Assembly: GCA_963745035.1 (NCBI GenBank)
Contig: CAVUVW010000013.1
Span: 800,001-864,000, forward strand
Direction: 5' to 3'
From: an uncultured delta proteobacterium
GTDB lineage: Bacteria; Desulfobacterota; Binatia; UBA9968
DNA length: 64,000 nt
Numbering within the stretch: position 1 is the first letter of the stretch; every line of letters begins with the position of its first letter. The position numbers and the translations under genes were made by a program. Positions 1-9,175 of this stretch are shown piece after piece. The notes under the pieces were generated by a model. That model saw only the letters and a list, made by a program, of their open reading frames with translations, had not been told where the DNA came from and searched no databases.

Positions 1-688
1 ACCATTTCATCTCCACAAGGTAAATTTCGCCATCTAATGCAATTACACCATCAATTTGCTCGACAACACCTTCACCAGTATCGCTTACCCGCCGAAACGC
101 CTCGCGAACGAGAATCTCGTGCCGTTCAAACAGACGGTTCAAAATTCCTTCTAACTTTGGTCCACGGAGCTGTTGATTGGTCTCCGCAAAAAGCGAATAG
201 AGGTCTCTCTTAACTTCCGCCAATTTCGACTGCTTTTCTTTGAGCGTCGTCGCTTTGCGTCGTTCTTCCTCCTGCCGCAGATATCGTTCGGCTTCCTGTG
301 CTTGTCGCATTCGCCCAAATGAATCCTTTACATCAACCACCCGTCGAATTTCGGACACCAATCCTTTGGCCTTGAGCTGATCATCGGGCCAGCAAGTGGA
401 GAACTCCTCAAACTCAATGACTCTCTTCAAGATCTCGCGCCGCTCCCGCAAGCTCGTCTCCCCCTTGTCGTTGAGTCGAACAAGAACCTCGCGAACGATT
501 TCATATTTGTTCACGCTGCTGCGGTCACTAGCGAGCTTCTGCCTAAAATCCGAGGTCATCGCTCCCGGCACTCCCGCACCCTTGAAGAATACGAGCACGT
601 CGTTCTTGCTGCGGCACAAGAGAGGAATCAAATCGACCAGAAGATTGAGAATCTCGGGTGGGTAGTGATGGATGATCTCGATAGTCAT
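1..688 (-). CDS. Mrr-like (PD-(D/E)xK) restriction endonuclease, 3' end runs off the window
   Basis: Not in the ORF track because it has no stop in the window. Manual translation from ATG 688 (ATGA overlap with the hsdS stop) gives [28 protein letters not shown]...[13 protein letters not shown]...[20 protein letters not shown], an Mrr_cat-like E...ID...EMK nuclease motif. Confidence 0.8.
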   Translation of the reverse strand, partial: MTIEIIHHYPPEILNLLVDLIPLLCRSKNDVLVFFKGAGVPGAMTSDFRQKLASDRSSVNKYEIVREVLVRLNDKGETSLRERREILKRVIEFEEFSTCWPDDQLKAKGLVSEIRRVVDVKDSFGRMRQAQEAERYLRQEEERRKATTLKEKQSKLAEVKRDLYSLFAETNQQLRGPKLEGILNRLFERHEILVREAFRRVSDTGEGVVEQIDGVIALDGEIYLVEMKW

Positions 689-1944
689 GCGGCCGCCTCT
701 GTTCCCGACAGTTTCACCTGCCCCGACAGCAGACGCGGCAGCAGCAAGTCGCGCGTATGGCGGAGATTTTGGATTTGGCGTTGAAACGTAAGAGCCTGCT
801 CAGCCATCGGCATGGCCGCATCCTCGAAGCGACGCACGAGTATGTCGGCGGGTCGGAGGAACTCGATCGTCTTAAACACGCCGCGACTGATTTCTTTGAA
901 GGTCGCACCAGACGCCATGCGCTGAAACGTCGGTACACTTTCTGTCAGCCAGTGGAAAAGGAAATAGAGCGGGACGCCCTCATTCGGGAGGCAAATGATG
1001 AAGCCTTGGTTGGTACAGGCGTCATGCGTGTTGATGGCGATTGCGCCGATTGTCGCGCGGCTCGTGAGCATCACACTGCGCGCCGGGAACAGACGCGCGG
1101 AACTTTCGGCCAGACCACGTTCTGTGATGTGGTCGCTCGAATCATCCATGAACATTGTGCCTGCGCCGGTCAGGTCGCTGGGCGAGAACCACTGGATCAT
1201 TCCGTCGACCCAATACTCCGGTTCTTTTCGAGATGGCGTGCCACCACCGAGAATCTCAAAGGACTCGGCAACTGTTTTGACAGCCCACCGCTTCGGAATC
1301 GGCCCGAGCGGAGAATCGACGAGCGGGACTTTTTCGTGCCCGGGGAAGCGGAAGTTGACGAACCACTCGCGGTAAAGCGAGCGGGCCATCTCTTCCAAAA
1401 TCTTGATGCGCCGCTGATTGTTTTCGATCAGATCGTCGTAGGCCGACAGGATACCCGCGATCCGGCGCTGCACCGAAAGCGGGGGCAGCGAGATTTCGAC
1501 CTTCTTGAGAGACGCAATTGTGTATGCAGCTTGCGATGAGCCAATTACACACTTAGTCAGCTCGGCTTTGCCCGAAGGAGACAAGAAATAGTATTTCAGG
1601 TATTGGCTATCTAGCTGTCTAAAGTTTCTAAACCAGGTCAAATTTCCGTCGGCAAAATGAAACCGGTCAGTCTCTTTTACAAGATATGGAACACCCAGCG
1701 TTCCTCTGGATGTCAAAAGAACGTCTCCCTTTATTGGCGCACCTGTTAATCGAAGTATTTCTTGAAATCTTTCCTCTGAAATAAAGAGAGGATTTGACGG
1801 CGTTTCTTGCCCGTTCAGTTTTTCAATGATTTCCCTGCTCCTAAAAAATGGAACACCAGAGGAGCATAACTCTTGGGCATAAATTCTCTTGCTTGATGTG
1901 ACTTCGCAAAGCTCATCCATTCGCTTTATCGGCCACGCTTTCAT
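685..1944 (-). CDS. hsdS: Type I restriction-modification specificity subunit HsdS
   Basis: ATG at 1944, just after the natural hsdM stop. Two target recognition domains joined by the conserved [42 protein letters not shown] spacer; C-terminal [11 protein letters not shown]. Confidence 0.95.
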   Translation of the reverse strand: MKAWPIKRMDELCEVTSSKRIYAQELCSSGVPFFRSREIIEKLNGQETPSNPLFISEERFQEILRLTGAPIKGDVLLTSRGTLGVPYLVKETDRFHFADGNLTWFRNFRQLDSQYLKYYFLSPSGKAELTKCVIGSSQAAYTIASLKKVEISLPPLSVQRRIAGILSAYDDLIENNQRRIKILEEMARSLYREWFVNFRFPGHEKVPLVDSPLGPIPKRWAVKTVAESFEILGGGTPSRKEPEYWVDGMIQWFSPSDLTGAGTMFMDDSSDHITERGLAESSARLFPARSVMLTSRATIGAIAINTHDACTNQGFIICLPNEGVPLYFLFHWLTESVPTFQRMASGATFKEISRGVFKTIEFLRPADILVRRFEDAAMPMAEQALTFQRQIQNLRHTRDLLLPRLLSGQVKLSGTEAAA

Positions 1945-1946
1945 GG

Positions 1947-3594
1947 TCACGCTTCCAGAATCTCCGCCACGTTGCCGGCAATGGATTGTTCGAGTTCGCG
2001 CGCCTGGGCGTTGAGGGATTCGAGTTCCTCGTTCAGCGTTTCGAGTTGTTCCTTGAAGTCCTCGTCGCTGACACGCCTCGCCAGGTGCGACGCCGACGTA
2101 GCGACCGGGATTGAGCGACCAACCTTGCGCTTCAATTTCCTTGAGCGTGGCGACTTTGCAGAGACCTGGCACATCTCGGTATTTTGGATTTTGGATTGCC
2201 GATTTTGGATTGGAGGATTTCGACCCGTTGAAGACTTCGAGCAGTTTTGCTTTTGCATCTTTCCCACCGAGCGTGAAGTCGAGGTCTTCGGCACGATAAA
2301 GGCGAACGATATTGGCGAGGAACCCGATTTGTGCGTCGGTCCAATCGCGGTGGGCGCGATCGATCTGGCGGTAGATATGTCGGGCATCCACAAAAAGCAC
2401 TTTATCGGCGCGCGACGTGGTTTGTTTGCCTTTGTCCAGGAACCAGAGCGTGCACGGCAGGGTAACGGTGTAGAAAACATTCGGGCCTACGGCGACCATC
2501 ACGTCGACCGCGTGGGACTCGATGAGCTGTTTGCGGATTTCCTGCTCGGAGGCGCGGGCGTCAGAGGCGGAGTTGGCCATGACGAAGCCGGCACGACCTT
2601 TTTTGTCGAGCGCGGAATAGAAAAGTTGAATCCACAGATAGTTGCCGTTGTCCGTGCGCGGCAGGCCAAAGGGATAGCGCCGATTCTTGCCTACGGAGTC
2701 TTTGAGTCGGTCTTTATCGACGGCGTTGACGTTGAACGGCGGATTGGCGAGGACAAAGTCAAAATTCCCCGTGCTGTCATGCTCATCTTCGTAGTAAGAG
2801 TTCGCCTCGCGAATATCGCCTTCGAGTCCGTGAACGGCGAGGTTCATGCGTGAGAGAGCAACGGTAGCGCCGACTCTCTCCTGACCATGAAGCGAGAGCT
2901 CCGCAGCGGGATTCTTTCGGTGCTCGTGTACAAAGCGCGCGCTTTGCACAAACATACCGCCGGAACCGCAGGCGGGATCGAGCACGCGGCCGTGGTACGG
3001 TTCAAGAATCTGCACGATCAGACGAACGATGCTGCTCGGCGTGAAGAACTCGCCGCCCTTCTGTCCTTCCGTGCGGGCGAACTCGCCGAGGAAATATTCG
3101 TAGATCCTGCCGAAGGCGTCGTACTCAAGATTTTCGGGAATCTCGGAAACTTTCTTGAGCAGTTGCTTGAGCAATGTGCTGTTAAAAATCTGATACGTGT
3201 GAGGCAGAACGCCGGCGAGGTGCGGGTTGTGCTTTTCGATATCGGTTATCGCATCGTTGATTTCTTTGCCGACATTGGCGCCTTCCGGCAGGTTGAGCAG
3301 ATGGTCGTAGCGGGCGTTGGGCGTGAGATAGACGACGCCCTCGGCGTGATAAGCGCTTGGCTCATCGATCCGGGATGAACCCCGACGCCCAGTGGAGCCG
3401 GCTTTTTCCAACTCGCCACGCCGTTTAGCAAACCGCGCTTCGGCAAAGCGAAGAAAGATCAGCCCCAGAACAGGGTTCGAATATTGTGCTGCCGTCAGCC
3501 CGGAATTGGCGCGGAGCTGATCCGCCGCTTCCCAGAGTCGTTTTTCAAGTGTGTTGGTAGCTGTGTCTTTCTCAGACGGTGCAATCCATTGCAT
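1947..3594 (-). CDS. hsdM: Type I restriction-modification N6-adenine methyltransferase HsdM (one-base frameshift near 2075)
   Basis: [30 protein letters not shown] and NPPF motifs. The natural C-terminus ([31 protein letters not shown]) lies in the 1947..2480 frame after one extra base. Confidence 0.95.
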
Positions 3595-4117
3595 AAGTGC
3601 TAAACGAGTGGCCGCTTTTACATTCGATTTCTGCAGCGACGCAGCGCGCGAGCGAGGCGCAGGTCGTTCGACGAGAGATTCCGCGTATATTACGCGATTT
3701 ATCAGGGAAATGACAAGAAATGATGAAACGTGAACCGAGAAGGATGCGCTCGTGCCGAGAGAAAGGAGCGTGCTCGTTATCGTGGTTCCGGCAAGAAGGG
3801 TGCCCGGTAATTCGAAAGCATCGAAATTGGGCCCCGGTCAAAAATTCCCCCTCGCGGCGGGGAAGGCGGCGGGCATGCTGAATTGAGCGACGGCGATCAG
3901 CGTGCCGGCGACATGCTCGATTTAGACCGGCGCAGAGATTCTGCGTGAGAGATTCTACGTGTCAGACTGACTGAGTCTGTTAACTCAGATTGTTCTTTTG
4001 CAGCGAGCGGCTGACGATTGCACCCGTGCTGGGGCTGTCTCAACTTAACCATCAATGTCCCCTCCAGCCAGCGTCCGTCAAACCGGGGCTAACTTAACTT
4101 GTCCTACTTTTCCTCCC

Positions 4118-4145
4118 TTGACACGGTGACAGGCGTGATTAACTT
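4118..4145 (+). promoter_or_regulatory. Putative sigma-70-type promoter of hsp20
   Basis: TTGACA-16 nt-TAACTT about 40 nt upstream of the AGGAG ribosome-binding site and ATG 4184. Confidence 0.45.
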
Positions 4146-4183
4146 TACCATCTAAAGAAAAAGTTTAAAAAGGAGAGCTAATT

Positions 4184-4630
4184 ATGGAACTAGTAAGATG
4201 GGAACAGATTGAGGGTCTAAACAGAGTTCAGTCCCGGATCAACGAGCTATTCGAAGACACGTTCGGTCGGACACGGGCGCAACAGAGTGCTGCCGCTGGA
4301 GTCTGGTATCCTGCCGTGGACATTCTTGAAAGTAAGGATTCGTATCTCATTCGCGCCGAGCTGCCCGGAATGAGAAACGAGGATCTCAAAACGGAAGTGA
4401 ACGAAGGGATATTGACAGTCAGTGGCGAGAGAAAGTTTGAAGAGCCGGCCAATGGGGTCGAGTACCACCGGGTCGAGCGGGTTGCAGGTAAATTTTCTCG
4501 ATCCTTCCACCTGCCGCAAACCGTGAAACACGATGGCATCAAAGCAACCTATCGGGACGGAATACTTGAAGTACAAGTTCCCAAAGCCGATGAGGCCAAG
4601 CCAAGACAGATCGCTATAAGCCTGAACTGA
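4184..4630 (+). CDS. Small heat-shock protein, Hsp20/alpha-crystallin family
   Basis: WYPAVDILE...AELPG...LTVSGER...ERVAGKFSRSFHLP...IKATYRDGILEVQVPK; AGGAG RBS. Confidence 0.95.
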   Translation: MELVRWEQIEGLNRVQSRINELFEDTFGRTRAQQSAAAGVWYPAVDILESKDSYLIRAELPGMRNEDLKTEVNEGILTVSGERKFEEPANGVEYHRVERVAGKFSRSFHLPQTVKHDGIKATYRDGILEVQVPKADEAKPRQIAISLN

Positions 4631-4650
4631 TTCATCGCAAACCGTCAAAC

Positions 4651-4691
4651 AGAAACTAAGGGGGAAAGCCAAGCGCTTCCCCTGGGTTTCT
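4651..4691 (+). terminator. Hairpin downstream of hsp20, probable terminator between convergent genes
   Basis: AGAAAC-TA-AGGGGGAAAGC...GCTTCCCCT-GG-GTTTCT inverted repeat 20 nt after the stop codon. Confidence 0.5.
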
Positions 4692-4956
4692 CGTAACGCC
4701 ACTAAAAGGGAAAACTCAAGGTTCACGCCAGGAGGAGGGTCCTTCCAGGTTTCCGGACTTCTCAAAACGTCAAACTACAAATTCGCCTTAGATTGGGCGA
4801 TGACCCCGCTTTGATCCGAGTCTCGCGCGTAAAACGCCACACCAGCTACTTCTGGCGCGAATTTATTAGCGTAAGGAGGCTGGAAACAGATTGCATTCCA
4901 ATATTGGACGAAAAGAATCTCGTCCGGGGTCCGGAGAGTATCGTTTTCAACATGGA

Positions 4957-5241
4957 TCATGACAGGTGACGTTTGGTTTTAGCTCGCGCCTTTTTGCGAT
5001 ATTTCTCCATACTTTCCCGCACAGCGCCCGCGCCGGAAGATTTCACGATGGCCAAGTTTGTGAGATCCAAAGGTTTGCGCGTCGTTCGCTTGCTTGCATC
5101 GAGCACTTCGATAGCAACTATCCGCTTGTCTTTTGCGTAGTCGATAACGACGCCATCCATTTCCACCGAATCATCGATGGGAACGTTTGCCAGAAACTCT
5201 ATGTTTAGTAAATCATGCGCGGCATCGTATTCGATCTTCAT
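4957..5241 (-). CDS. DUF2283-family protein (putative antitoxin)
   Basis: MKIEYDAAHDLLNIEF...DGVVIDYAKDKRIVAIEVLDASK matches the DUF2283 pattern; 4-nt overlap with the upstream DUF4258 gene. Confidence 0.85.
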   Translation of the reverse strand: MKIEYDAAHDLLNIEFLANVPIDDSVEMDGVVIDYAKDKRIVAIEVLDASKRTTRKPLDLTNLAIVKSSGAGAVRESMEKYRKKARAKTKRHLS

Positions 5242-5504
5242 GGCGTTTTATCCTTCCAGTACCGCTTAATGTCCGAAGTCAGATACGCGGTGATCACCAC
5301 GTATTTATCCGCAGTGTCTTCGAAAACCACTCGAAGAAGCTTCTCACGGCGACGAATTCTGCGGCGCTGTTGCGCAACCGAACGACCGCCGTGTCCTTCG
5401 ACGACTTGATCCGCATTTTGTAGCGCTTCGCTGACCCATGCTTCAGGAATACCGCGTTTATCTATTTTCTTCTTTGCCAGCGGGATGATCTCAATTTCCT
5501 TCAT
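5238..5504 (-). CDS. DUF4258-family RelE-like putative toxin
   Basis: AKKKIDKRGI...V..AL..AD...LLRVVFE...YVVITAY; standard DUF4258-DUF2283 pairing. Confidence 0.8.
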   Translation of the reverse strand: MKEIEIIPLAKKKIDKRGIPEAWVSEALQNADQVVEGHGGRSVAQQRRRIRRREKLLRVVFEDTADKYVVITAYLTSDIKRYWKDKTP

Positions 5505-5539
5505 GGAATCCTAAGACACTTCCGCTGCGGAGCGAGGCT

Positions 5540-5684
5540 TTATTCCAAAATTTCTTTAGCTCCATGATAATAACCCGAATCAGCTGTCCACACCGGGTTT
5601 GGCATAATAGCGAACCGAACCCATTTCTTGGATCAGCCGAAAACCATTTTGCTCTAACAGTCGTACAAGCTCGTTAAATCTCAC
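5540..5684 (-). pseudogene. hicA: Truncated HicA-family toxin remnant
   Basis: GGAGG RBS then GTG 5684: MRFNELVRLLEQNGFRLIQEMGSVRYYAKPGVD. It continues across two frame changes as LIRV..YHGAKEI and then stops. No hicB nearby. Confidence 0.6.
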
Positions 5685-5794
5685 GTCGCCTCCAAAACCC
5701 GCGCGGATAGTAACAAAGGACGTAGCGAAAAGGAAAGAGGCGCAAGCGCTAGGCTTTCCAGAATCGCTTCGCTCTGCTCAAAGGCTTACGCTGA

Positions 5795-5850
5795 TTCAAG
5801 TGTTCAAGGTTCAATGGTTCGATCCTTCGAGCGGCCTCAGGACAGGCTAA
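5795..5850. repeat. Short GTTCAA-type tandem repeats followed by a CCTTCGA...CTCAGGACAGGC palindromic element
   Basis: TTCAAGTGTTCAAGGTTCAATGGTTCGA then TCCTTCGAGCGGCCTCAGGACAGGC. Related elements occur at 7365, 10617, 18351 and 25071. Confidence 0.6.
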
Positions 5851-6184
5851 GCTCACCATGAGGGATAATCCGCAAACTCAGTAGTCGGATGAGGAACTTC
5901 CCACGTTTCGGGAATTCTCGAAACGTCAAAATGAGCAACTTTGCGAAGTGCTCATTCCGGCGTTAGTTTCGAGCACGATCACGGTTTCGTTTTCATCCTT
6001 CCAATTCATCTTGTGCCCTATCCTACAACCCGCGCCGAAGTTGCAACGACGGCATCTTATCCGCTAGTCTCGCTTGCGAGAACCAAGAAAGATTCCTCGT
6101 TCCACTCGGAATGTCATCCCGTGCTCTTCGGTTCGAGCTCTCAGGGCTGCGAGCGGGATCTCGATCAAGTCAAGGAGGCGATTT

Positions 6185-7249
6185 GTGATATCTGGATGGC
6201 ACAATAAATTTCCATCACGTTCCTTCGCCTTCATTGCGATTTCACTCGGCCTGAATCTGCTGCTCGCGAATTGCCACCCAGCTCTCGCGCAAGACTTCTA
6301 CAAAGACAAAACTCTCCGCTTCATTGTCGGTCAAGCGGCCGGCGGCGGGTATGATACGTACACGCGCACGATCGCCCGTTATATGGGCAAATATATTCCC
6401 GGCGGTCCGGCGACCACAGTAGAAAACATGACCGGCGCCGGAAGTTTGGTGGCGGCCAATTATCTCTACAACAACGCCAAGCCGGACGGTTTGACGATCG
6501 CCAACTGGAACAGCGCGCTGGTGTTCAACCAGGCGATGGGCGATACCAACGTCAAATTCGACGCGCGGAAATTCGGCTGGATCGGCGCGCCAACCAAAAG
6601 CGTGCCGGTCTGCTTGATCATGGGATTCACCGGCCTCAAGACGATGGATGAGATCGTCAAGTCGGGTAAGAGCCTGCGCATGGGCGGCACCGGACCAGGT
6701 TCACACAGCATCGACATGCCCCTGATGCTGAATAAAATGGCCGGCAGCAAATTCACGGTCGTTTCCGGTTACCAGGGCACGGCGCAGATCAGAATCGCTT
6801 TGCAACGGCGCGAAGTCGACGGTCTCTGCACCAATTGGGACTCGGTGCTGGCGACACAGAAAGAATTGCTCGATGCTAAAGGCGACGAGCGCATGATTCC
6901 ATTTATCATCCATTCACGAGTCCCCGAGCCGGAGGGTAAAGACGTCACCCTGGTCAGCGAGGCGATCAAGGACGAAGTCCATATGCGCTCTTATCGGGTC
7001 TACATGGCGCAGATGGAGTATTCGCGCCCCTTGACGACCGCGCCCGGCACGCCGAGAGATAGATTGGAAATTCTTCGGCGGGCGTTCAAAGCGACCCTGG
7101 CGGACGCCGACTTTCTCGCGCAAGCGAACAGACTCAAGCTCGACATCCATGCGGTTTCCGGCGAGGAAAGCGAAAAATGGACCGACGAAGTCTTGTCGAT
7201 TTCGCCCAAAATGAAGGAAGAGCTAAAATACTTGTCACCGGTGAAATGA
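6185..7249 (+). CDS. TctC/Bug-like tripartite tricarboxylate transporter substrate-binding protein
   Basis: AAGGAGG RBS before in-frame GTG 6185; signal peptide ending ALA-QDFYKDK; GGGYDTYTR, VENMTGAGSL, KPDGLT, VSGYQG...LALQRREVDG motifs. Confidence 0.85.
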   Translation: MISGWHNKFPSRSFAFIAISLGLNLLLANCHPALAQDFYKDKTLRFIVGQAAGGGYDTYTRTIARYMGKYIPGGPATTVENMTGAGSLVAANYLYNNAKPDGLTIANWNSALVFNQAMGDTNVKFDARKFGWIGAPTKSVPVCLIMGFTGLKTMDEIVKSGKSLRMGGTGPGSHSIDMPLMLNKMAGSKFTVVSGYQGTAQIRIALQRREVDGLCTNWDSVLATQKELLDAKGDERMIPFIIHSRVPEPEGKDVTLVSEAIKDEVHMRSYRVYMAQMEYSRPLTTAPGTPRDRLEILRRAFKATLADADFLAQANRLKLDIHAVSGEESEKWTDEVLSISPKMKEELKYLSPVK

Positions 7250-7260
7250 TCTAGAAAAAA

Positions 7261-7478
7261 TGAACTACCCCGCAGCAAGCTGCGGGGTATCAGAAGAACG
7301 TGATGAGAATTATTCCAAAGGCGTCACCCCCGAATGTTTTTATCGGGGGTCCAGTTCCGGATTCGCCTGTGGTGAGCCTGAGTCGAACCACCGCTTAAAG
7401 CATGCGGGAATGACGGTCTTCGGAAAGAAAATTAGTTTGACGCAGCAAGCTGCGGGGAATCGACCCGCAACGATTGAA
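7261..7478. mobile_element. Non-autonomous IS200/IS605-like MITE with nested REP-type palindromes
   Basis: Both ends carry the CGCAGCAAGCTGCG hairpin (7261-7291, 7441-7460). Inside is a GTCACCCCCG...GGGAATGAC REP-like palindrome that itself contains GCCTGTGGTGAGCCTGAGTCGAACCA. Confidence 0.65.
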
Positions 7479-7492
7479 TAGGGAGAACGTCA

Positions 7493-8614
7493 ATGGCCAA
7501 GAACGGTTTCAAAGCGATGGATTCCGACATGCATGTTTTTGAGCCGGCGGATCTGTGGCAGCGCTACATCGACAAGAAATATCTCGAGCGCGCGCCGAAG
7601 GGGCTCAATCGTTCTTTTCGCGATCTGGGCATCGAACTGGAAGGCAAGATCATGCCGATTCCCCGGCAGCCGGAAAATCCCGCGCTGGCGAAATACCGGC
7701 AAGACTTCTTCGAAGAAAAATATGGCGAAGCCGGCAAGAGAAATTTCGACGGCGTCTCGCAAATCCAGGCGATGGACAAAGAAGGCCTCGATGTGGCGGT
7801 CCTCTTTCCGACCCGTGGGCTGACGGTCTTGGGCATGGACGGCCTCGATCCCGACTTCGCCACCGCCATCGCCCGCGCCTACAACGATTGGCTGCATGAT
7901 TTCGCCGCGACGAATCCGCAGCGCATGTACGGCGTCACCATGGTCGCGCCCCACGACATCAGCGGTGCCATCGAAGAGATTCGCCGCACGGCGAGGGAAT
8001 ACGGTTTTCGCGGTATTTTTCTGCGCCCTAATCACGTTAACAACAAAAAATGGAGCGACCCCTACTACGATCCGCTCTGGGCGGAGTGCGAAAAGCAGAA
8101 CCTGCCGGTGGGCTTTCACGAAGCCGGCAGGGTGTATCTGCCCCAGCCGGCCTTTTTCCACATCTGCTCGACGTTCTCGATGTTCAACACCTTCGGTTTT
8201 CCGTTTGCCAATATGCTCGCCTGCGGCGACATGATCTTCGGCGGCGTCATGGAGCGCTTTCCGAAATTGAAAGTGGCCTTCCTCGAAGGCAACTGCTCCT
8301 GGGCGCCGTGGCTTCTCTGGCGCATGGGCGAATACGCCGAAACCACCGGCAAAGCGGAGTATCCCTACTTGACGCTGTCACCGCTCGAGTATTTCCAACG
8401 CCAGTGCTACGGCGCGGTCGAATGCGACGAGATCACGGCGAAGCATATTCCGGAGTACGGTCTAGAGGACAACATGGTGTTCTCCACCGACTATCCGCAC
8501 CTCGACGTAAAATATCCGCACGCCATTGATACGTTTCTCGAGCTGCCCTTCCCCGAGCAGATCAAACGCAAGTACCTTTGGGACAACTGCGCTAGGCTTT
8601 ACAACTTCGAATAG
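7493..8614 (+). CDS. Amidohydrolase_2 family metal-dependent hydrolase/decarboxylase
   Basis: MDSDMHVFEP (DxDxH), AYNDWL, PVGFHE, AFLEGNCSW, FSTDYPH, DNCARLY. Confidence 0.92.
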   Translation: MAKNGFKAMDSDMHVFEPADLWQRYIDKKYLERAPKGLNRSFRDLGIELEGKIMPIPRQPENPALAKYRQDFFEEKYGEAGKRNFDGVSQIQAMDKEGLDVAVLFPTRGLTVLGMDGLDPDFATAIARAYNDWLHDFAATNPQRMYGVTMVAPHDISGAIEEIRRTAREYGFRGIFLRPNHVNNKKWSDPYYDPLWAECEKQNLPVGFHEAGRVYLPQPAFFHICSTFSMFNTFGFPFANMLACGDMIFGGVMERFPKLKVAFLEGNCSWAPWLLWRMGEYAETTGKAEYPYLTLSPLEYFQRQCYGAVECDEITAKHIPEYGLEDNMVFSTDYPHLDVKYPHAIDTFLELPFPEQIKRKYLWDNCARLYNFE

Positions 8615-8621
8615 AAAGGAA

Positions 8622-9111
8622 ATTAACCGCAAAGAACGCAAAGGTCGCAAAATAGGATTATGACGGAGCGCGAGATCAATACCCTCTGCGACCGAGTGAG
8701 GCAAACTGCTTACGAGATACACCTGTACCTCGGCAACGGACATTTAGAAAAAGTTCACGAGAACGCCCTCGCGCATCGTTTACGCAAGGCCGGTATGAGG
8801 GTGCTGCAACAATGTCCCTTAAATGTCTATGACGAAGACGGAACGCCTTGGGTGAATACTTCGCGGATCTATTAGTCGAGGGGATCTTGGTTATCGAAAC
8901 GAAAGCAGCCAAATCACTAGCTATTGAACACGAGTCTCAGATTCTTGGTTATCTTAAATCCGCAAAAATTGAGCACGGCTTGTTGATGAACTTCGGCGGG
9001 CCGAAGTTTCAGATTCGGAAGTTTGTCTGGTCACGGGTGCGAAACATCGACAGACCAATATGACCAACGTGCGCCCTCTAGTTTGCGTACTTTGCGTTCT
9101 TTGCGGTTAAT
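8622..9111. mobile_element. Candidate GxxExxY element bounded by 30-bp terminal inverted repeats built of 9-mers
   Basis: Left arm 8622-8651 ATTAACCGCAAAGAACGCAAAGGTCGCAAA; reverse complement of right arm 9082-9111 ATTAACCGCAAAGAACGCAAAGTACGCAAA (28/30 identical). The arms enclose only the GxxExxY gene. Confidence 0.7.
8660..9063 (+). CDS. GxxExxY (PDDEXK_3-like) nuclease-fold protein (frameshift near 8850)
   Basis: Joining 8660..8875 with 8848..9063 gives LGNGHLEKVHENAL...GEYFADLLVEGILVIETKAAKSL...QILGYLK...GLLMNFG. The motif here reads GxxExxH. Confidence 0.9.
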
Positions 9112-9175
9112 GTCTCAGACCTCGATCTCTATCAATACCGGAGCGTGATCGGAAGGCCGCTCATGGGCGCCGCTC

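Noticed and set aside
685-3594. Apparent 969-aa HsdM-HsdS fusion
   Set aside because: The normal HsdM C-terminus and stop lie in another frame after one extra base near 2075, and HsdS has its own ATG at 1944. Most likely a sequencing indel.
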